A stretch of 64,000 nucleotides of DNA from an uncultured Planctomycetia bacterium (lineage in GTDB: Bacteria; Omnitrophota; Gorgyraeia; JAFGHF01): the NCBI GenBank assembly GCA_964586605.1, contig CAZPGX010000002.1, forward strand, positions 11,648 to 75,647. The letters run 5' to 3'. The first letter of the stretch is position 1, and each line of letters begins with the position of its first letter. Under the pieces are notes generated by a model. It was not told the origin of the DNA. It made no database searches and worked only from the letters and a program-made list of their open reading frames with translations. A program made the position numbers and the translations under genes. Of this stretch, positions 20,397-30,522 are shown piece by piece.

Positions 20397-20993
20397 TCAA
20401 CTAATTTTTACTTTGCGTCCTTCTATTTTCAGTTTTCCTGCTACAAAAAGTTTAATCGTTTTGGGATAAAGCTGATGCTCTATCTTATGAATGCGCTCAG
20501 CTAAGGATTCTTCTGTATCGTTTTCCCCTATCTCTACGGTTTCCTGCAAAATTATTGGACCGTGATCCATTTCCCGATCAACGAAATGTACTGTTACGCC
20601 GGTGGTCTTGGCCTTAGCCTCCAAGGCATCGCGAATCGCATGGGCGCCTTTAAAAGCAGGTAAAAGTGCCGGATGAATATTTATAATGCTGTTGGGATAC
20701 TTTTTAAGCAGCGTAGGCCCAATAATGCGCATAAAACCGGCCAGGCAAATCAGCTCTATGTTTTCTTGTTCTAAATTTTTTATAATTTCATTTTCAAATT
20801 CTTCTTTGTTTTTAAATTTCTTTCTTTCTATTAATACAGATTTAATGCCTTCTTTTCTGGCGCGCTGCAGGGCAAAGGCTTCTGGATTATCACAAACCAT
20901 CAAGGCGACTTTAGTTGATAAGTCATCTTTTAAGCTATCTACAATGGCTTGAAAATTGCTGCCATTACCTGAGCAAAAAACTGCAATGTTCAC
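20397..20993 (-). CDS. purN: Phosphoribosylglycinamide formyltransferase
   Basis: NIAVFCSGNGSN...NIHPALLP; 198 aa. Confidence 0.9.
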   Translation of the reverse strand: MNIAVFCSGNGSNFQAIVDSLKDDLSTKVALMVCDNPEAFALQRARKEGIKSVLIERKKFKNKEEFENEIIKNLEQENIELICLAGFMRIIGPTLLKKYPNSIINIHPALLPAFKGAHAIRDALEAKAKTTGVTVHFVDREMDHGPIILQETVEIGENDTEESLAERIHKIEHQLYPKTIKLFVAGKLKIEGRKVKIS

Positions 20994-20996
20994 TGT

Positions 20997-21788
20997 TTAT
21001 TTCCTCCAAAGAATTATTTTGCGCGGGCAGGCCTTGATGCACTCACCGCAAGAGGTGCACTTATCATAATCGATTACGGCCAAATTATCAATTACTTTTA
21101 TCGCATCTACCGGACAGGCCTGCTCACATTTCTTACAGGCAATACAGCCGACTGCGCAAGCCTGGGCAACGGTCTTTGCCGGGTCATGAGATGTACAACC
21201 CACATACACTTTAGCCTTGGCGGGTATTAAAACCAACAAATTACGGGGACAGCTGGCAAGACACTGTCCGCAACTGGTGCAAAGCTCGCTATTAATTATA
21301 GGCAAGCCTTCGGGGCTCATTTTAATAGCGCCGAAAGGACAGGCCCTTAGACAATCGCCAAACCCCAAACAGGCATAATCGCAGAGTTTATACCCGCCTA
21401 AAACCTGCGCCGCAGCCCGACAACTCGCCGGGCCCTCGTAAATAAACCTATCCTTGGCCTTTTTGCCGCCGTGGCAACGCAGGCTAACGACCTCTTTTTC
21501 TTTTAAAGGCGCCTCCACGCCTAAAATCTTGGCTATCTCGGCAGCCTGTTCCTCAGAACAAATCTTGCAGGCCTGAAGAGGAAGTTCGCCGCGAATTAAA
21601 GACTCGCCAAAGCCTGCACACCCGGCCTTACCACAGGCACCGCAATTGGCTCCGGGAAGGTTCTCCAAAATCTTTTGTATCCGCGGGTCCTGCCTAACGG
21701 CAAACTTCTTTGAGGCAAGGGTGAGCACCAAGCCAAAGAAAAGACCCAGTCCTGTCAAGGTTAATATCGGCGCTAAGAATTGATTCAT
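20997..21788 (-). CDS. rnfB: Rnf electron transport complex subunit B (Fe-S)
   Basis: N-terminal TM segment, a CGACG...C cluster and several 4Fe-4S ferredoxin motifs. Confidence 0.85.
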   Translation of the reverse strand: MNQFLAPILTLTGLGLFFGLVLTLASKKFAVRQDPRIQKILENLPGANCGACGKAGCAGFGESLIRGELPLQACKICSEEQAAEIAKILGVEAPLKEKEVVSLRCHGGKKAKDRFIYEGPASCRAAAQVLGGYKLCDYACLGFGDCLRACPFGAIKMSPEGLPIINSELCTSCGQCLASCPRNLLVLIPAKAKVYVGCTSHDPAKTVAQACAVGCIACKKCEQACPVDAIKVIDNLAVIDYDKCTSCGECIKACPRKIILWRK

Positions 21789-21797
21789 TCTCGACTC

Positions 21798-22406
21798 TTA
21801 AAATTTAAATCCGGCAAAACCCATAAAGGCCAAAGACATCAGCGATGCTACGATAAAGGCAACCGGCATTCCTTTCAGACTTTCAGGCACGTCCAGCAGT
21901 TCTAACCTTTCGCGGATGCCGGACATTAAAAGCATCGCCAGCATAAACCCAACCCCGGCGCAGAATCCCTGTAAAAGCGTACAGGAGAAACTTGTACTTA
22001 AAGACAACCCTCCCTTAAGAAACATATTCACATTTAATACCGTTACGCCGAGCACCGCGCAATTGGTGGTAATTAGAGGAAGATAGACGCCCAATGCGCG
22101 ATAAAGCGCAGGGTTGGTCTTTAAAATAATCATCTCCGCAAGCTGGACAAAAGAGGCAATTACCAGGATAAAGGAAATCGTCCTTAAAAATTCAATCTGA
22201 AAAGGCACAAGCAGGAAATTATAGATACACCAGGTAACCGTAGAGGAAAGCACCATTACAAAGATAACCGCAAGACCCATGCTTAGGGCCGGCCCGGTTC
22301 TTTTAGAGACACCGATAAACGGGCAGAGCCCCAAAAATTTAAACAGGATGAAGTTGTTGATAAAGATGTTGCCGATTATAATAGAGAGAAACAAACTCAA
22401 GTCCAT
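21798..22406 (-). CDS. rnfA: Rnf complex subunit A
   Basis: 202-aa polytopic membrane protein of the RnfA/NqrE family. Confidence 0.85.
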   Translation of the reverse strand: MDLSLFLSIIIGNIFINNFILFKFLGLCPFIGVSKRTGPALSMGLAVIFVMVLSSTVTWCIYNFLLVPFQIEFLRTISFILVIASFVQLAEMIILKTNPALYRALGVYLPLITTNCAVLGVTVLNVNMFLKGGLSLSTSFSCTLLQGFCAGVGFMLAMLLMSGIRERLELLDVPESLKGMPVAFIVASLMSLAFMGFAGFKF

Positions 22407-22408
22407 TT

Positions 22409-22999
22409 TTACCTTTTCCTAAAAATCAAATTCGATAAACCGAGTAAAAGGCCTAATACAAGTAAGGCGCCGGGGGCTAGGGCCAGCGTTAAGGCCGGCT
22501 GGTAACCTTTAAATAGAACATAGCCGAACAATCTGCCTGCGCCGACGGCTTCGCGGATGGCCGAAATCAAAACTAAACCTATTGTAAAGCCTAAGCCCAT
22601 CCCCAGGGCGTCAAATAAAGAACTACCCACGGGATTGCGCGAGGCAAAGGCCTCGGCCCGGCACATAATAATGCAGTTGACCACAATCAAAGGCACGAAA
22701 ATCCCTAACTGTTTACTTAATGCGGGAAAATAGGCGGCCATTACTAATTCCACGATAGTTACAAAGGTAGCGATAATTACAATAAAGCAGGGGATTCTAA
22801 TCTTATGCGGAATGAACCCCCGGATGCTGGAGATGAGCAGATTAGAGCCAATTAGCACAAAGGTGGCGGCCGCGCCCATGCCTAAGCCGTTGATTGCAGA
22901 GGTAGAGACGGCTAGCGCCGGGCAAAGCCCCAGGGCCAGCCCGAAAATCGGGTTCTCTTTGTGGATGCCTTTAGTAAATTCCTGAAGCAATTTTTTCAC
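22409..22999 (-). CDS. rnfE: Rnf complex subunit E
   Basis: RnfE/NqrD family (NPIFGLALGLCPALAV). The likely start is a GTG overlapping the rnfD stop (GTGA); the longer six-frame ORF is an upstream extension. Confidence 0.8.
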   Translation of the reverse strand: MKKLLQEFTKGIHKENPIFGLALGLCPALAVSTSAINGLGMGAAATFVLIGSNLLISSIRGFIPHKIRIPCFIVIIATFVTIVELVMAAYFPALSKQLGIFVPLIVVNCIIMCRAEAFASRNPVGSSLFDALGMGLGFTIGLVLISAIREAVGAGRLFGYVLFKGYQPALTLALAPGALLVLGLLLGLSNLIFRKR

Positions 23000-23925
23000 T
23001 TTACTCCAAATCTTCTTGGTTTTGTGTATCTGTCGATTAAGGGAGTAGCTGCGTTCATCAAAAGTATAGCATAGCAGACGCCTTCCGGATAGCCGCCCCA
23101 GAGGCGGATTACCGAAGTAAATAAACCGCAACCAAAGCCAAAAATAAACTTACCTTTATTAGTTAAAGGCGAGGTAACATAATCCGTAGCCATAAAGAAG
23201 GCGCCGAGGACAAGCCCGCCGGACAAAATCTGAAATAGCCACGGCCCGCTAAAGAAACCCTCTCCTCCAAAAATCCAACTAAACAGCGCAACTGTGGCAA
23301 TAAAAGAAAAAGGGATGCGCCAACTGATGCAGCCCATTATTAACAGGAATAAGGCGCCCGCTAAAAGTGCCAGGATGCAGACCTCGCCTAAAGAACCTGC
23401 GCGATTGCCGCTCAGCAAATCCCAATAGGAGACATCGGCAAAACCGCTGGCTAAAGGAGTGGCCGAACTTACGGCATCAACGGCAGTTTTGGGGCTAATC
23501 CAAGCGGTCATATGTGTGGGCCAGGCTGCCAGCAAAAAGGCCCTGCCTACAAGCGCGGGATTAAAGATGTTCTGGCCTAAGCCGCCAAAGGCCTGCTTGC
23601 CAACGGCAATAGCCACAAAAGAACCAACCGCTGCCAGCCATAAAGGAACGCCCGCGGGCAAGCAAAATGCCAAAAGAAGACCTGTAAGCGCTGCGCTGCC
23701 GTCAAAGACTGTTACATTTGTCCGGCGCAATTTTTGAATAACTGCTTCTGTTAATACGGCAGAAAGCACGCAAATTAGCATTACCCACAAAGAGGCAATT
23801 CCGAAAATGAGCACTGCGGCAGTTGCTGCGGGAAGTAAAGACAGAGTGACCGTCCACATTATCTTCGCAGAATTATCTCCAGAATAGATATGCGGCGATA
23901 CGGAAACAATGAGTTTATTGCTCAT
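22996..23925 (-). CDS. rnfD: Rnf complex subunit D (NqrB family)
   Basis: SPHIYSGDNSAKIM N-terminus and the SSATPLA FMN-attachment region. Confidence 0.85.
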   Translation of the reverse strand: MSNKLIVSVSPHIYSGDNSAKIMWTVTLSLLPAATAAVLIFGIASLWVMLICVLSAVLTEAVIQKLRRTNVTVFDGSAALTGLLLAFCLPAGVPLWLAAVGSFVAIAVGKQAFGGLGQNIFNPALVGRAFLLAAWPTHMTAWISPKTAVDAVSSATPLASGFADVSYWDLLSGNRAGSLGEVCILALLAGALFLLIMGCISWRIPFSFIATVALFSWIFGGEGFFSGPWLFQILSGGLVLGAFFMATDYVTSPLTNKGKFIFGFGCGLFTSVIRLWGGYPEGVCYAILLMNAATPLIDRYTKPRRFGVK

Positions 23926-24511
23926 ATCCTAAGACCTCTTTTGCTTTTTTGCACACAGAATCAATCAGGCCCTGGGATGAAATAGTTGCGCCGGTAATAG
24001 CCTGGATATCCTCGCTAATCTTTTTACCTTTAAACCGGGCGCAAAACCAGGGCTCATCCGCTGATTTGGGGTATTTCTTTTCCCGCGAGAAAACCGCTTT
24101 TATCGCCTCCCAGAGGCTCTCCCTGACCAGGACCTCGGAAATCCTGGCCCCCAGGCCCGGGGTCTCGTTCTGCGCCAATATCCTTACCCCCGTAATCCCG
24201 CCCTCTCTATCCATCCCGGCCATGGCCTCAATCACACTTGAATATCCTTGGGCCTCTGTCCTGAAGGCATAACCTAGCAGGTCTTCTTTATCCGAAGACC
24301 TGTAGGCCCTAAAATAAATAATCTTGTTGTTTTCAACGATAGGCTCAAAATATCCTGCCTTAGGGCAGACCTCTTTTAAGGCCTGCCTCTCTTCGTGTGT
24401 CTTTTGTTCCAAGATTTTAGAACGCGTGAGAAAATAAACGCCGCTAAGCAAAGAGGCCATCACCATGCAGATCAGGGATAAGGTCAATATATATCTTAAG
24501 CTTTCACGCAT
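23915..24511 (-). CDS. rnfG: Rnf complex subunit G (FMN-binding)
   Basis: N-terminal TM segment and the FMN-bind motif ITGATISS. Confidence 0.8.
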   Translation of the reverse strand: MRESLRYILTLSLICMVMASLLSGVYFLTRSKILEQKTHEERQALKEVCPKAGYFEPIVENNKIIYFRAYRSSDKEDLLGYAFRTEAQGYSSVIEAMAGMDREGGITGVRILAQNETPGLGARISEVLVRESLWEAIKAVFSREKKYPKSADEPWFCARFKGKKISEDIQAITGATISSQGLIDSVCKKAKEVLGYEQ

Positions 24512-24512
24512 T

Positions 24513-25805
24513 TTATTTTTTCAGTTTTTCTTTGGCTAGTTTAACCAAAGCAACAATATTTCGATTGCCCGGGCAGACATAACTACAGATGCCGCATTCA
24601 ATGCAGTCTAAGACATGCTCTTCTTGGGCTAAATCAAACCTTCCCTTCTCTATTGCCTGGGCGATTGCCGAAGGATTAAGCCCCATCGGGCAAACCTGAA
24701 GGCACTTTCCGCAGCGAATACAGGGCTGAGAAGCGAAGGGTCTAACCTCTTTTCGGCTGAAAACAATTATTCCCGATGTGCCTTTAATTACCGGCACATC
24801 AAGCGCGTACTGGGCAATGCCCATCATCGGCCCGCCGAGAATTACCTTAGCCGGCTCTTCCGTTAAACCACCGCAGGCATCAATAATGTCTTTTACTTTG
24901 CTTCCGATTCTAACTCTAAGGTTACCGGGATTCCTGATAATGCTCCCGCTTACGCTAATTATCCTTTCATATAAAGGCTTATTTTTATACACGGCCTCAT
25001 AAACGGCAAAACATGTAGCCACATTATTAACCACCAGGCCCACATCAAAAGGAAGCCCTCCGGGCGGAACCTCACGATTTAAAATTGCCTTAATCATCTG
25101 TTTTTCCGCACCTTGCGGATAAAATGACTTCAGGACGGCCAATTTTATTTTTTGACCATCGGTTAATTTTTTGAATAGCCCTATGGCATCGGGCTTATTT
25201 TCTTCAATGGCTACAATGCCCTGCGATACCCCTAAAGCCTTCATCGCTACCTTCATTCCGGCAATAATTTCATTTGCCTTCTCCAACATTAGCCTGTGGT
25301 CGGCGGTTAGATATGGCTCGCACTCTGCGCCGTTTACAATAAAGGTGTCCAGGGGTTTTTCTTTGGGGGGGGATAATTTTACATGGGTAGGAAAGGCCGC
25401 TCCGCCTAAGCCGACAATGCCGCAGCTGCGGATAATCTTTTTTAGCCCATCCGCAGAAAGAGAATCAACATCCTCTCTATCCTTGATCGCGCTATCCAAC
25501 AAGCCCCGGCCATCGGATTTAATTACAATGGCCTGGTACTGGCCAAAAAGCGGATGGGGCCTGGCTTCAATTGCCGCAACCTCCCCGGAAATCGAAGAAT
25601 GGACCGGAGCAGATACATAGACATCGGCCCCAGCAACCAATGTGCCTGCTCTTACTTTATCCCCTACTGAGACCTTGGCCCGAGCAGGCGCTCCTGTGTG
25701 CTGTGATAAAGGCAGGATTACCTCATTTGGCATGGGTATTTCCTTTATCGGCAGGCCCTGGGTGGATTCTTTGAAATCAGGCGGGTGAAGTACTCTCTTT
25801 AGCAT
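24513..25805 (-). CDS. rnfC: Rnf complex subunit C (NADH-binding, Fe-S)
   Basis: Two CxxCxxCxxxCP ferredoxin motifs at the C-terminus and an RnfC barrel sandwich domain; 430 aa. Confidence 0.9.
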   Translation of the reverse strand: MLKRVLHPPDFKESTQGLPIKEIPMPNEVILPLSQHTGAPARAKVSVGDKVRAGTLVAGADVYVSAPVHSSISGEVAAIEARPHPLFGQYQAIVIKSDGRGLLDSAIKDREDVDSLSADGLKKIIRSCGIVGLGGAAFPTHVKLSPPKEKPLDTFIVNGAECEPYLTADHRLMLEKANEIIAGMKVAMKALGVSQGIVAIEENKPDAIGLFKKLTDGQKIKLAVLKSFYPQGAEKQMIKAILNREVPPGGLPFDVGLVVNNVATCFAVYEAVYKNKPLYERIISVSGSIIRNPGNLRVRIGSKVKDIIDACGGLTEEPAKVILGGPMMGIAQYALDVPVIKGTSGIIVFSRKEVRPFASQPCIRCGKCLQVCPMGLNPSAIAQAIEKGRFDLAQEEHVLDCIECGICSYVCPGNRNIVALVKLAKEKLKK

Positions 25806-25822
25806 TATTTATAGGCTGTTCC

Positions 25823-26773
25823 TTAAACCTTTGCCAGTTTTTTCAGCACCAGGCTTATTGCCCCTAAATCGCCTACTGCATCTTTTAATTTTGCCGGGAC
25901 AATTTTGCAGGCGCGATAGGGCCGGGGCCAGCTGAATTTGCGCACGGTATTACGTAAGGGCTTAAAAAGTATCGACCCGGCCTTGGATACGCCGCCGCCG
26001 ATAACAATCATCTCCGGATTAATCGTGTGGATAACATTGGTTACGCTTAAGCCCAGATAAAAAGCGGCTTGGCGATAAATTTGCCGCGCCAGTCTATCCC
26101 CTTTTCGAGCAGCTCGGGCAACAATCTCGGCGTCAATCTTTTTCTTGTTTTTGGCCAATTTTAAAATTAAAGAGCCTTCCGTCACTTTTTTTCTGGCAAT
26201 CCTGGCAATGGAAGTGCCGCTGGCCAAGGCCTCAAGACAGCCGCGTTTTCCGCAGTTACATCTGGGGCCATCCGGCACTATTACGGAATGGCCGATCTCT
26301 CCGGCATCGGAACTGGCCCCATGATAAATATCTCCGTTGATAATTAGACCGCCGCCAATTCCGGTGCTTACTGTATAGTAGAAAAGGTCTCTCACCGTCT
26401 TGCCGGCACCGAAGGTCTTCTCGCCCAAGGCAGCGCAATTGGCGTCATTATCCACAAATACCGGCAGAGCAAAGCTTGAGGCAAAGATTCTCTTCAAAGG
26501 GACATTGCGCCAGGCGGGCATATTCGGAGGTTTGATTAAGACGCCCTTCTTCAAGTCCATGGGCCCGGGGCCGGTTATGCCGATACCTCTAGTTCTCTTA
26601 AGGCCCTGATCGTATCTTTTAAGATAGGTCCGGATAATGCGTTTGAGCTGGCTAAGGGTAGAGCGCACCCCTTCGCTGGGCAAAACTGTGCGGATGATGA
26701 TTTTTCCCTGCGCGTTGCCCAAAGACACAGAGGTCTTTGTCCCGCCTATATCTATACCTATAATATAAAACAA
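25823..26773 (-). CDS. ROK-family sugar kinase (glucokinase-like)
   Basis: IIGIDIGGTKT N-terminus and the ROK zinc motif CNCGKRGCLE. Confidence 0.8.
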   Translation of the reverse strand: MFYIIGIDIGGTKTSVSLGNAQGKIIIRTVLPSEGVRSTLSQLKRIIRTYLKRYDQGLKRTRGIGITGPGPMDLKKGVLIKPPNMPAWRNVPLKRIFASSFALPVFVDNDANCAALGEKTFGAGKTVRDLFYYTVSTGIGGGLIINGDIYHGASSDAGEIGHSVIVPDGPRCNCGKRGCLEALASGTSIARIARKKVTEGSLILKLAKNKKKIDAEIVARAARKGDRLARQIYRQAAFYLGLSVTNVIHTINPEMIVIGGGVSKAGSILFKPLRNTVRKFSWPRPYRACKIVPAKLKDAVGDLGAISLVLKKLAKV

Positions 26774-26775
26774 GA

Positions 26776-26982
26776 CTACACTCCTTTCCGATTATATAGC
26801 TTGATGAAATTTTCGATGCTGCGGTCGTAGGTCTTCTCTACATCAGCGGGGAAAAGACAGGCGGGCAGTTCTCCTTGCTGCCAATGGTACCTTATACACT
26901 CACAGCACATACCCTTCCTGGAGCAAGGCTCATAAGTGCAATTGCAATTCTGCTTGTTTTGCTCGAGCTTACATTCCGGCAT
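26776..26982 (-). CDS. Small Cys-rich protein (68 aa, 8 Cys), function unknown
   Basis: [26 protein letters not shown].... It directly follows the radical SAM gene on the same strand. Confidence 0.5.
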   Translation of the reverse strand: MPECKLEQNKQNCNCTYEPCSRKGMCCECIRYHWQQGELPACLFPADVEKTYDRSIENFIKLYNRKGV

Positions 26983-26995
26983 AGGGATATCTCCT

Positions 26996-27775
26996 TTATT
27001 CCAACACCTTGCCTCGGCGAAGCATAGTCTCCTTTGCGCTAATAGAGCGCACCTTTTTTCGTTTTACAGTATAAAGCGAAATCACATTCATCCCGCGGAA
27101 ATACCCTTTTATCACCGAAATAGCTTTTCGTGAAAGCGGCCTAACCAAGCTAGGCCTTAAGGGCGTATTGAGCTGAATTTCATCGGCTTGAATCTGCCTG
27201 GCTAATTTGGCTATATTTTTGGCCTCATCTTTATTTTGCGGCATAAACATCAACTGTAGCGCTAATTTTCCGTGGTACACTTTTCTAAATTGCTTAATAC
27301 CTTTTAAAATAGCGGGAAACACTATTTTCTTCGCCGGATGATTTATTAGCCTTAAGAATTTCTGCGAGCCGGCGTCCAATTTAAGCGCTACCAAATCCGC
27401 CAGAGCCAACTCTTGCCTTACATCTTGGCGATACAACAAACTTGAATTGGTTAATACCGCTACCGGCTCTTTGCGCAACCTTTTCACTGCCCTGATGGCC
27501 TCGCCTAAATTCCTGGCTAAAGTGGGCTCGCCGCGCCCCGAGAAGGTAATATAATCTATATGGACTCTGGGAAGCATCTTTATTTCTTTGAGGACCTCTC
27601 TGGTAGGAACGTACAATTTTCTTTTGGTCGTATAGGCCTTGGTCGGGCCCAGCTGGCAATAGATGCAATCAAATGTGCAAACCTTCTCTTCTTGCGAAAG
27701 CAAATCTATCCCTAAAGAGCTGCCCAATCTCCACGAAGGCACCGGGCCATAGATATATTTAAAGTTCTTTCTCAT
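26996..27775 (-). CDS. Radical SAM protein (COG0731-like)
   Basis: [15 protein letters not shown] followed by CTFDCIYCQ (CX3CX2C); 259 aa. Confidence 0.65.
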   Translation of the reverse strand: MRKNFKYIYGPVPSWRLGSSLGIDLLSQEEKVCTFDCIYCQLGPTKAYTTKRKLYVPTREVLKEIKMLPRVHIDYITFSGRGEPTLARNLGEAIRAVKRLRKEPVAVLTNSSLLYRQDVRQELALADLVALKLDAGSQKFLRLINHPAKKIVFPAILKGIKQFRKVYHGKLALQLMFMPQNKDEAKNIAKLARQIQADEIQLNTPLRPSLVRPLSRKAISVIKGYFRGMNVISLYTVKRKKVRSISAKETMLRRGKVLE

Positions 27776-27838
27776 ACGAGATTATTGTATGCTAAATTGC
27801 GCTTATTTTCAATCAAAAAATAAGGGATGGAAGATACT

Positions 27839-28435
27839 TTAATCTAAAGCGAAAACTATGGCAACTTCCATTGTTACGAAGTCTTGATTTATTTTTGCAG
27901 GAATTGACGGGAAAGGGTTGGCCCTTTGGATGGTGGCAACTGCCTCTTCATCAAGGATGTTAGAACCAGAGCGAGAAATAATTCTGATATCTTTGCTTAA
28001 ACCATTGGACAAAACCTGAAAGTTTAAATGAACCGTTCCTTCTACTCCCTGGCGTTTTGCGAAGGCCGGATACCTCCTTACTTCTTCTATCCTTTGCTTT
28101 ACCATATCCTGATAGCGAAACATTGCCTCTTCGGCTGGGTCGATTAGTTGGGTATTACTTATGCCTAATTGTTCATCAGTCTCTCCATCTGGCCTCTCAC
28201 AATTTGCCATTTGCAATTTGCCATTTGCCAACTTTTTCTCTTCTCCTAAAACATCTATCTTGGGCAAAAGGAGAGGTTTCTCCATCTTTATATAAACTAT
28301 TTCTAACTCCTTACGATTTTCCTCTATCGGGAGATTGGAGCTTAAATTAAAAGACGTACCTAAAAATAACAGATGCCCTGTCAAAGATAAAAGAAAAGTA
28401 ATCCTCATTATTTTATCCTTAAACATATTATTCAT
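27839..28435 (-). CDS. tonB: TonB-family energy transducer (C-terminal TonB domain)
   Basis: The C-terminus (GTVHLNFQVLSNG...ILDEEAVATIQRANPFPSIP) is a TonB_C domain. The start is probably an internal Met (M44 or M47), because the longer ORF overlaps the btuB 3' end. Confidence 0.65.
   Translation of the reverse strand: MNNMFKDKIMRITFLLSLTGHLLFLGTSFNLSSNLPIEENRKELEIVYIKMEKPLLLPKIDVLGEEKKLANGKLQMANCERPDGETDEQLGISNTQLIDPAEEAMFRYQDMVKQRIEEVRRYPAFAKRQGVEGTVHLNFQVLSNGLSKDIRIISRSGSNILDEEAVATIQRANPFPSIPAKINQDFVTMEVAIVFALD
28202..28229. repeat. Heptanucleotide tandem repeat (ATTTGCC/ATTTGCA) x4 within the tonB-like CDS
   Basis: It was read directly from the sequence. It encodes LANGKLQMAN in the linker region. 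Confidence 0.85.
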
Positions 28436-28484
28436 TCTTTTCCATCCCCCCACTATCACTTCGTAAGTGATAGTGGTTAAGCGC

Positions 28485-30350
28485 TTAAAAAGTTGCTTTA
28501 GCTCCTCCGTAGAAAGATGCTCCCGGATTAGCATATCCGCGAACTTGTTGAAATTTCTTGTCAAAGAGGTTTTCTATTCTTCCGAAAATCTGAAAAGTCT
28601 CTGTTAAATTATAAGAGGCGCAAAGATCAACCTTGGTGTATGCCTTTGCCTTCAGGGTATTTGCACTATTATCCCAGCGAGAGCCGATATAGCTTGTTGT
28701 TAGATTAACATTCCCTTTTTCAAGAAATGTCCAGTTCAAATCAACACCTGCTTGTTTCCTTGGCCTCCTAGCTAATTTTTTACCTGTGTCTTTATCTTCT
28801 GTCTTGGTGTAGGTGTAATTTGCCCCGATTGTCAGCACTTCTATTGGTTTGAAAGAACACTCTAATTCAACACCTTTCGTTTCTGCATTGTCAATATTTC
28901 TATAACTGCCTGAACTATAGGCAATCATATTCTTAAAATCATTATGAAAGTAGGTTAGGTCAAAAGAAATCTTGTCATTCCAAAAACGCTGCCCAAATCC
29001 GAAGTCGTAACTTTTGCTCTCATCAGGAGCAAGGGCTGTGTCCCCATAACTTGGATGATAGAGTTGGTATAAAGAAGGGGCCTTAAATCCGGTGCCCCAA
29101 TTGCCTTTAAGGCGGGTTCTCGTTTGCAGGATAAGATAAGCCGTGGATACTTTATAGAGGGTCTCGGTGCCAAAAAGCTCGTGCTCATCTACTCTTAAAC
29201 CAGGGGTAATGTATAAACTTTCCCAAAGTCTGAATTGATTTTGGAAATAGCAACCTCCGTTATCCACTGTCTTCCTATCAAGTCTGTTTGTTGAAGCACG
29301 GCCGTCACCAAAGCCTCTTTCCTGCTCATATTCAAAACCACAAGTCAACGTAGACCAATCAACTGGGTAAACATTGTGCTGCCATTCGAGTTTCTTCATC
29401 TCGCCCTTAAACCAGTTGTGTGTATTATCTGCTGTGTCCACAGAATCAGGCTCATCCTTATATTTTCTTCTGGTTTGCGAGTAAGAAAATGAAAACCTGT
29501 GGTCCCAGAATGAGTTTATGGCTTGGTCGAAGGCAATTTTTCCCGCTATATTTCTCCACCACCCCACTTTATTTGGGTCATCCTGATAAGCCCTGTTATC
29601 ATAATCATATTCGGCATCTGTGAAGCGCAAAGCAAAATCAAGATTGGCATCCTCAAGGATTTCATAGCCTAAACGAGTTGAGAATGTGATGTTTTCATAA
29701 CCGTCGTCCTCTGAGGTATCGGCAGTCTGCGATACCCCATCGCTATCCAGGCGTAGCAATGAGAAGGAAAAGTTTAGTTTATCCTCTGAGCCGCTCAAAG
29801 CCAATGTCTCTTTAAAAGTATTATCAGAGCCCCCCTCAAATAATGCTTCCCATTTTGGTTTACCCTTACCTTTTTTGGTAATAATATTGATGACTCCGCC
29901 TATAGCATCTGAGCCATAAAGGGTAGATTGAGGGCCGCGCACAACCTCAATGCGTTCAATATTATCAATGAGCAAATGAGCAAAGCCGTAGTCAAAAGAC
30001 CTATCGGCTTTCATTGGGTCGTTTAGCTCAATACCGTCAATTAAAACCAAAGTATGACCTGATTTTGAGCCTCGGAGATAAACAGAGGTTAATCCGCCAA
30101 ATGCCCCACTCTGTGCAACAGATACTCCCGGAACATCACGCAATACTTCCAGGACGGTTCTTTTGCCCTTCTTTTTTAACTCCTCAGCCGTGATTACTGT
30201 AGTTGAACTTCCCACTTCCGCCTGATACTGTTCTGTCTTTGTAGCAGCAACAATTACTTCTCCAAGATTATATTTTACTTCTTCGGCGCAAATGTTTCTG
30301 TTTATTAACAGCGTAAACATTCCTATTAAAATTATATTTTTCTTTCTCAC
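28485..30350 (-). CDS. btuB: TonB-dependent outer-membrane receptor, BtuB-like (cobalamin/corrinoid uptake candidate)
   Basis: It has a signal peptide, a plug domain, a beta-barrel and a C-terminal terminal Phe. It starts with GTG after a GGAGGAG RBS and is preceded by a cobalamin riboswitch. Confidence 0.85.
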   Translation of the reverse strand: MRKKNIILIGMFTLLINRNICAEEVKYNLGEVIVAATKTEQYQAEVGSSTTVITAEELKKKGKRTVLEVLRDVPGVSVAQSGAFGGLTSVYLRGSKSGHTLVLIDGIELNDPMKADRSFDYGFAHLLIDNIERIEVVRGPQSTLYGSDAIGGVINIITKKGKGKPKWEALFEGGSDNTFKETLALSGSEDKLNFSFSLLRLDSDGVSQTADTSEDDGYENITFSTRLGYEILEDANLDFALRFTDAEYDYDNRAYQDDPNKVGWWRNIAGKIAFDQAINSFWDHRFSFSYSQTRRKYKDEPDSVDTADNTHNWFKGEMKKLEWQHNVYPVDWSTLTCGFEYEQERGFGDGRASTNRLDRKTVDNGGCYFQNQFRLWESLYITPGLRVDEHELFGTETLYKVSTAYLILQTRTRLKGNWGTGFKAPSLYQLYHPSYGDTALAPDESKSYDFGFGQRFWNDKISFDLTYFHNDFKNMIAYSSGSYRNIDNAETKGVELECSFKPIEVLTIGANYTYTKTEDKDTGKKLARRPRKQAGVDLNWTFLEKGNVNLTTSYIGSRWDNSANTLKAKAYTKVDLCASYNLTETFQIFGRIENLFDKKFQQVRGYANPGASFYGGAKATF

Positions 30351-30361
30351 TTTCTCCTCCC

Positions 30362-30512
30362 TCGAGAATATTTACCCACCGAAGCTTTAGCGAAGGTGGG
30401 CTTCTCAGGATAGGCAATCGTCCGGGCTCCGCTGCATTTCGAAATGCAGCGATTACCGTTGCGGGGCAGCGGAAGGAATCACACCTTCACTTCCTTTGCC
30501 TATCCGGAAAAC
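30362..30512 (-). promoter_or_regulatory. Cobalamin (B12) riboswitch in the 5' leader of btuB
   Basis: The minus-strand RNA contains GGAAGUGAAGGUGUGAUUCCUUCCGCUGCCCCGCAACGGUAA, which has the GGUG...AAUCC...CCCGC-ACUG/ACGG (B12-box-like) pattern, together with a structured hairpin. Confidence 0.65.
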
Positions 30513-30522
30513 AAACTATAAG

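Noticed and set aside
22999-23131. Long N-terminal extension of the rnfE ORF (MRFIYFGNPPLG...).
   Set aside because: It overlaps the rnfD 3' end in another frame and has no similarity to RnfE. The conserved RnfE N-terminus begins at the GTG overlapping the rnfD stop.
28436-28564. N-terminal 43 residues of the tonB-like ORF.
   Set aside because: They overlap the btuB C-terminus by 80 nt. The hydrophobic anchor begins after internal Met 44/47, so a shorter gene is more plausible.
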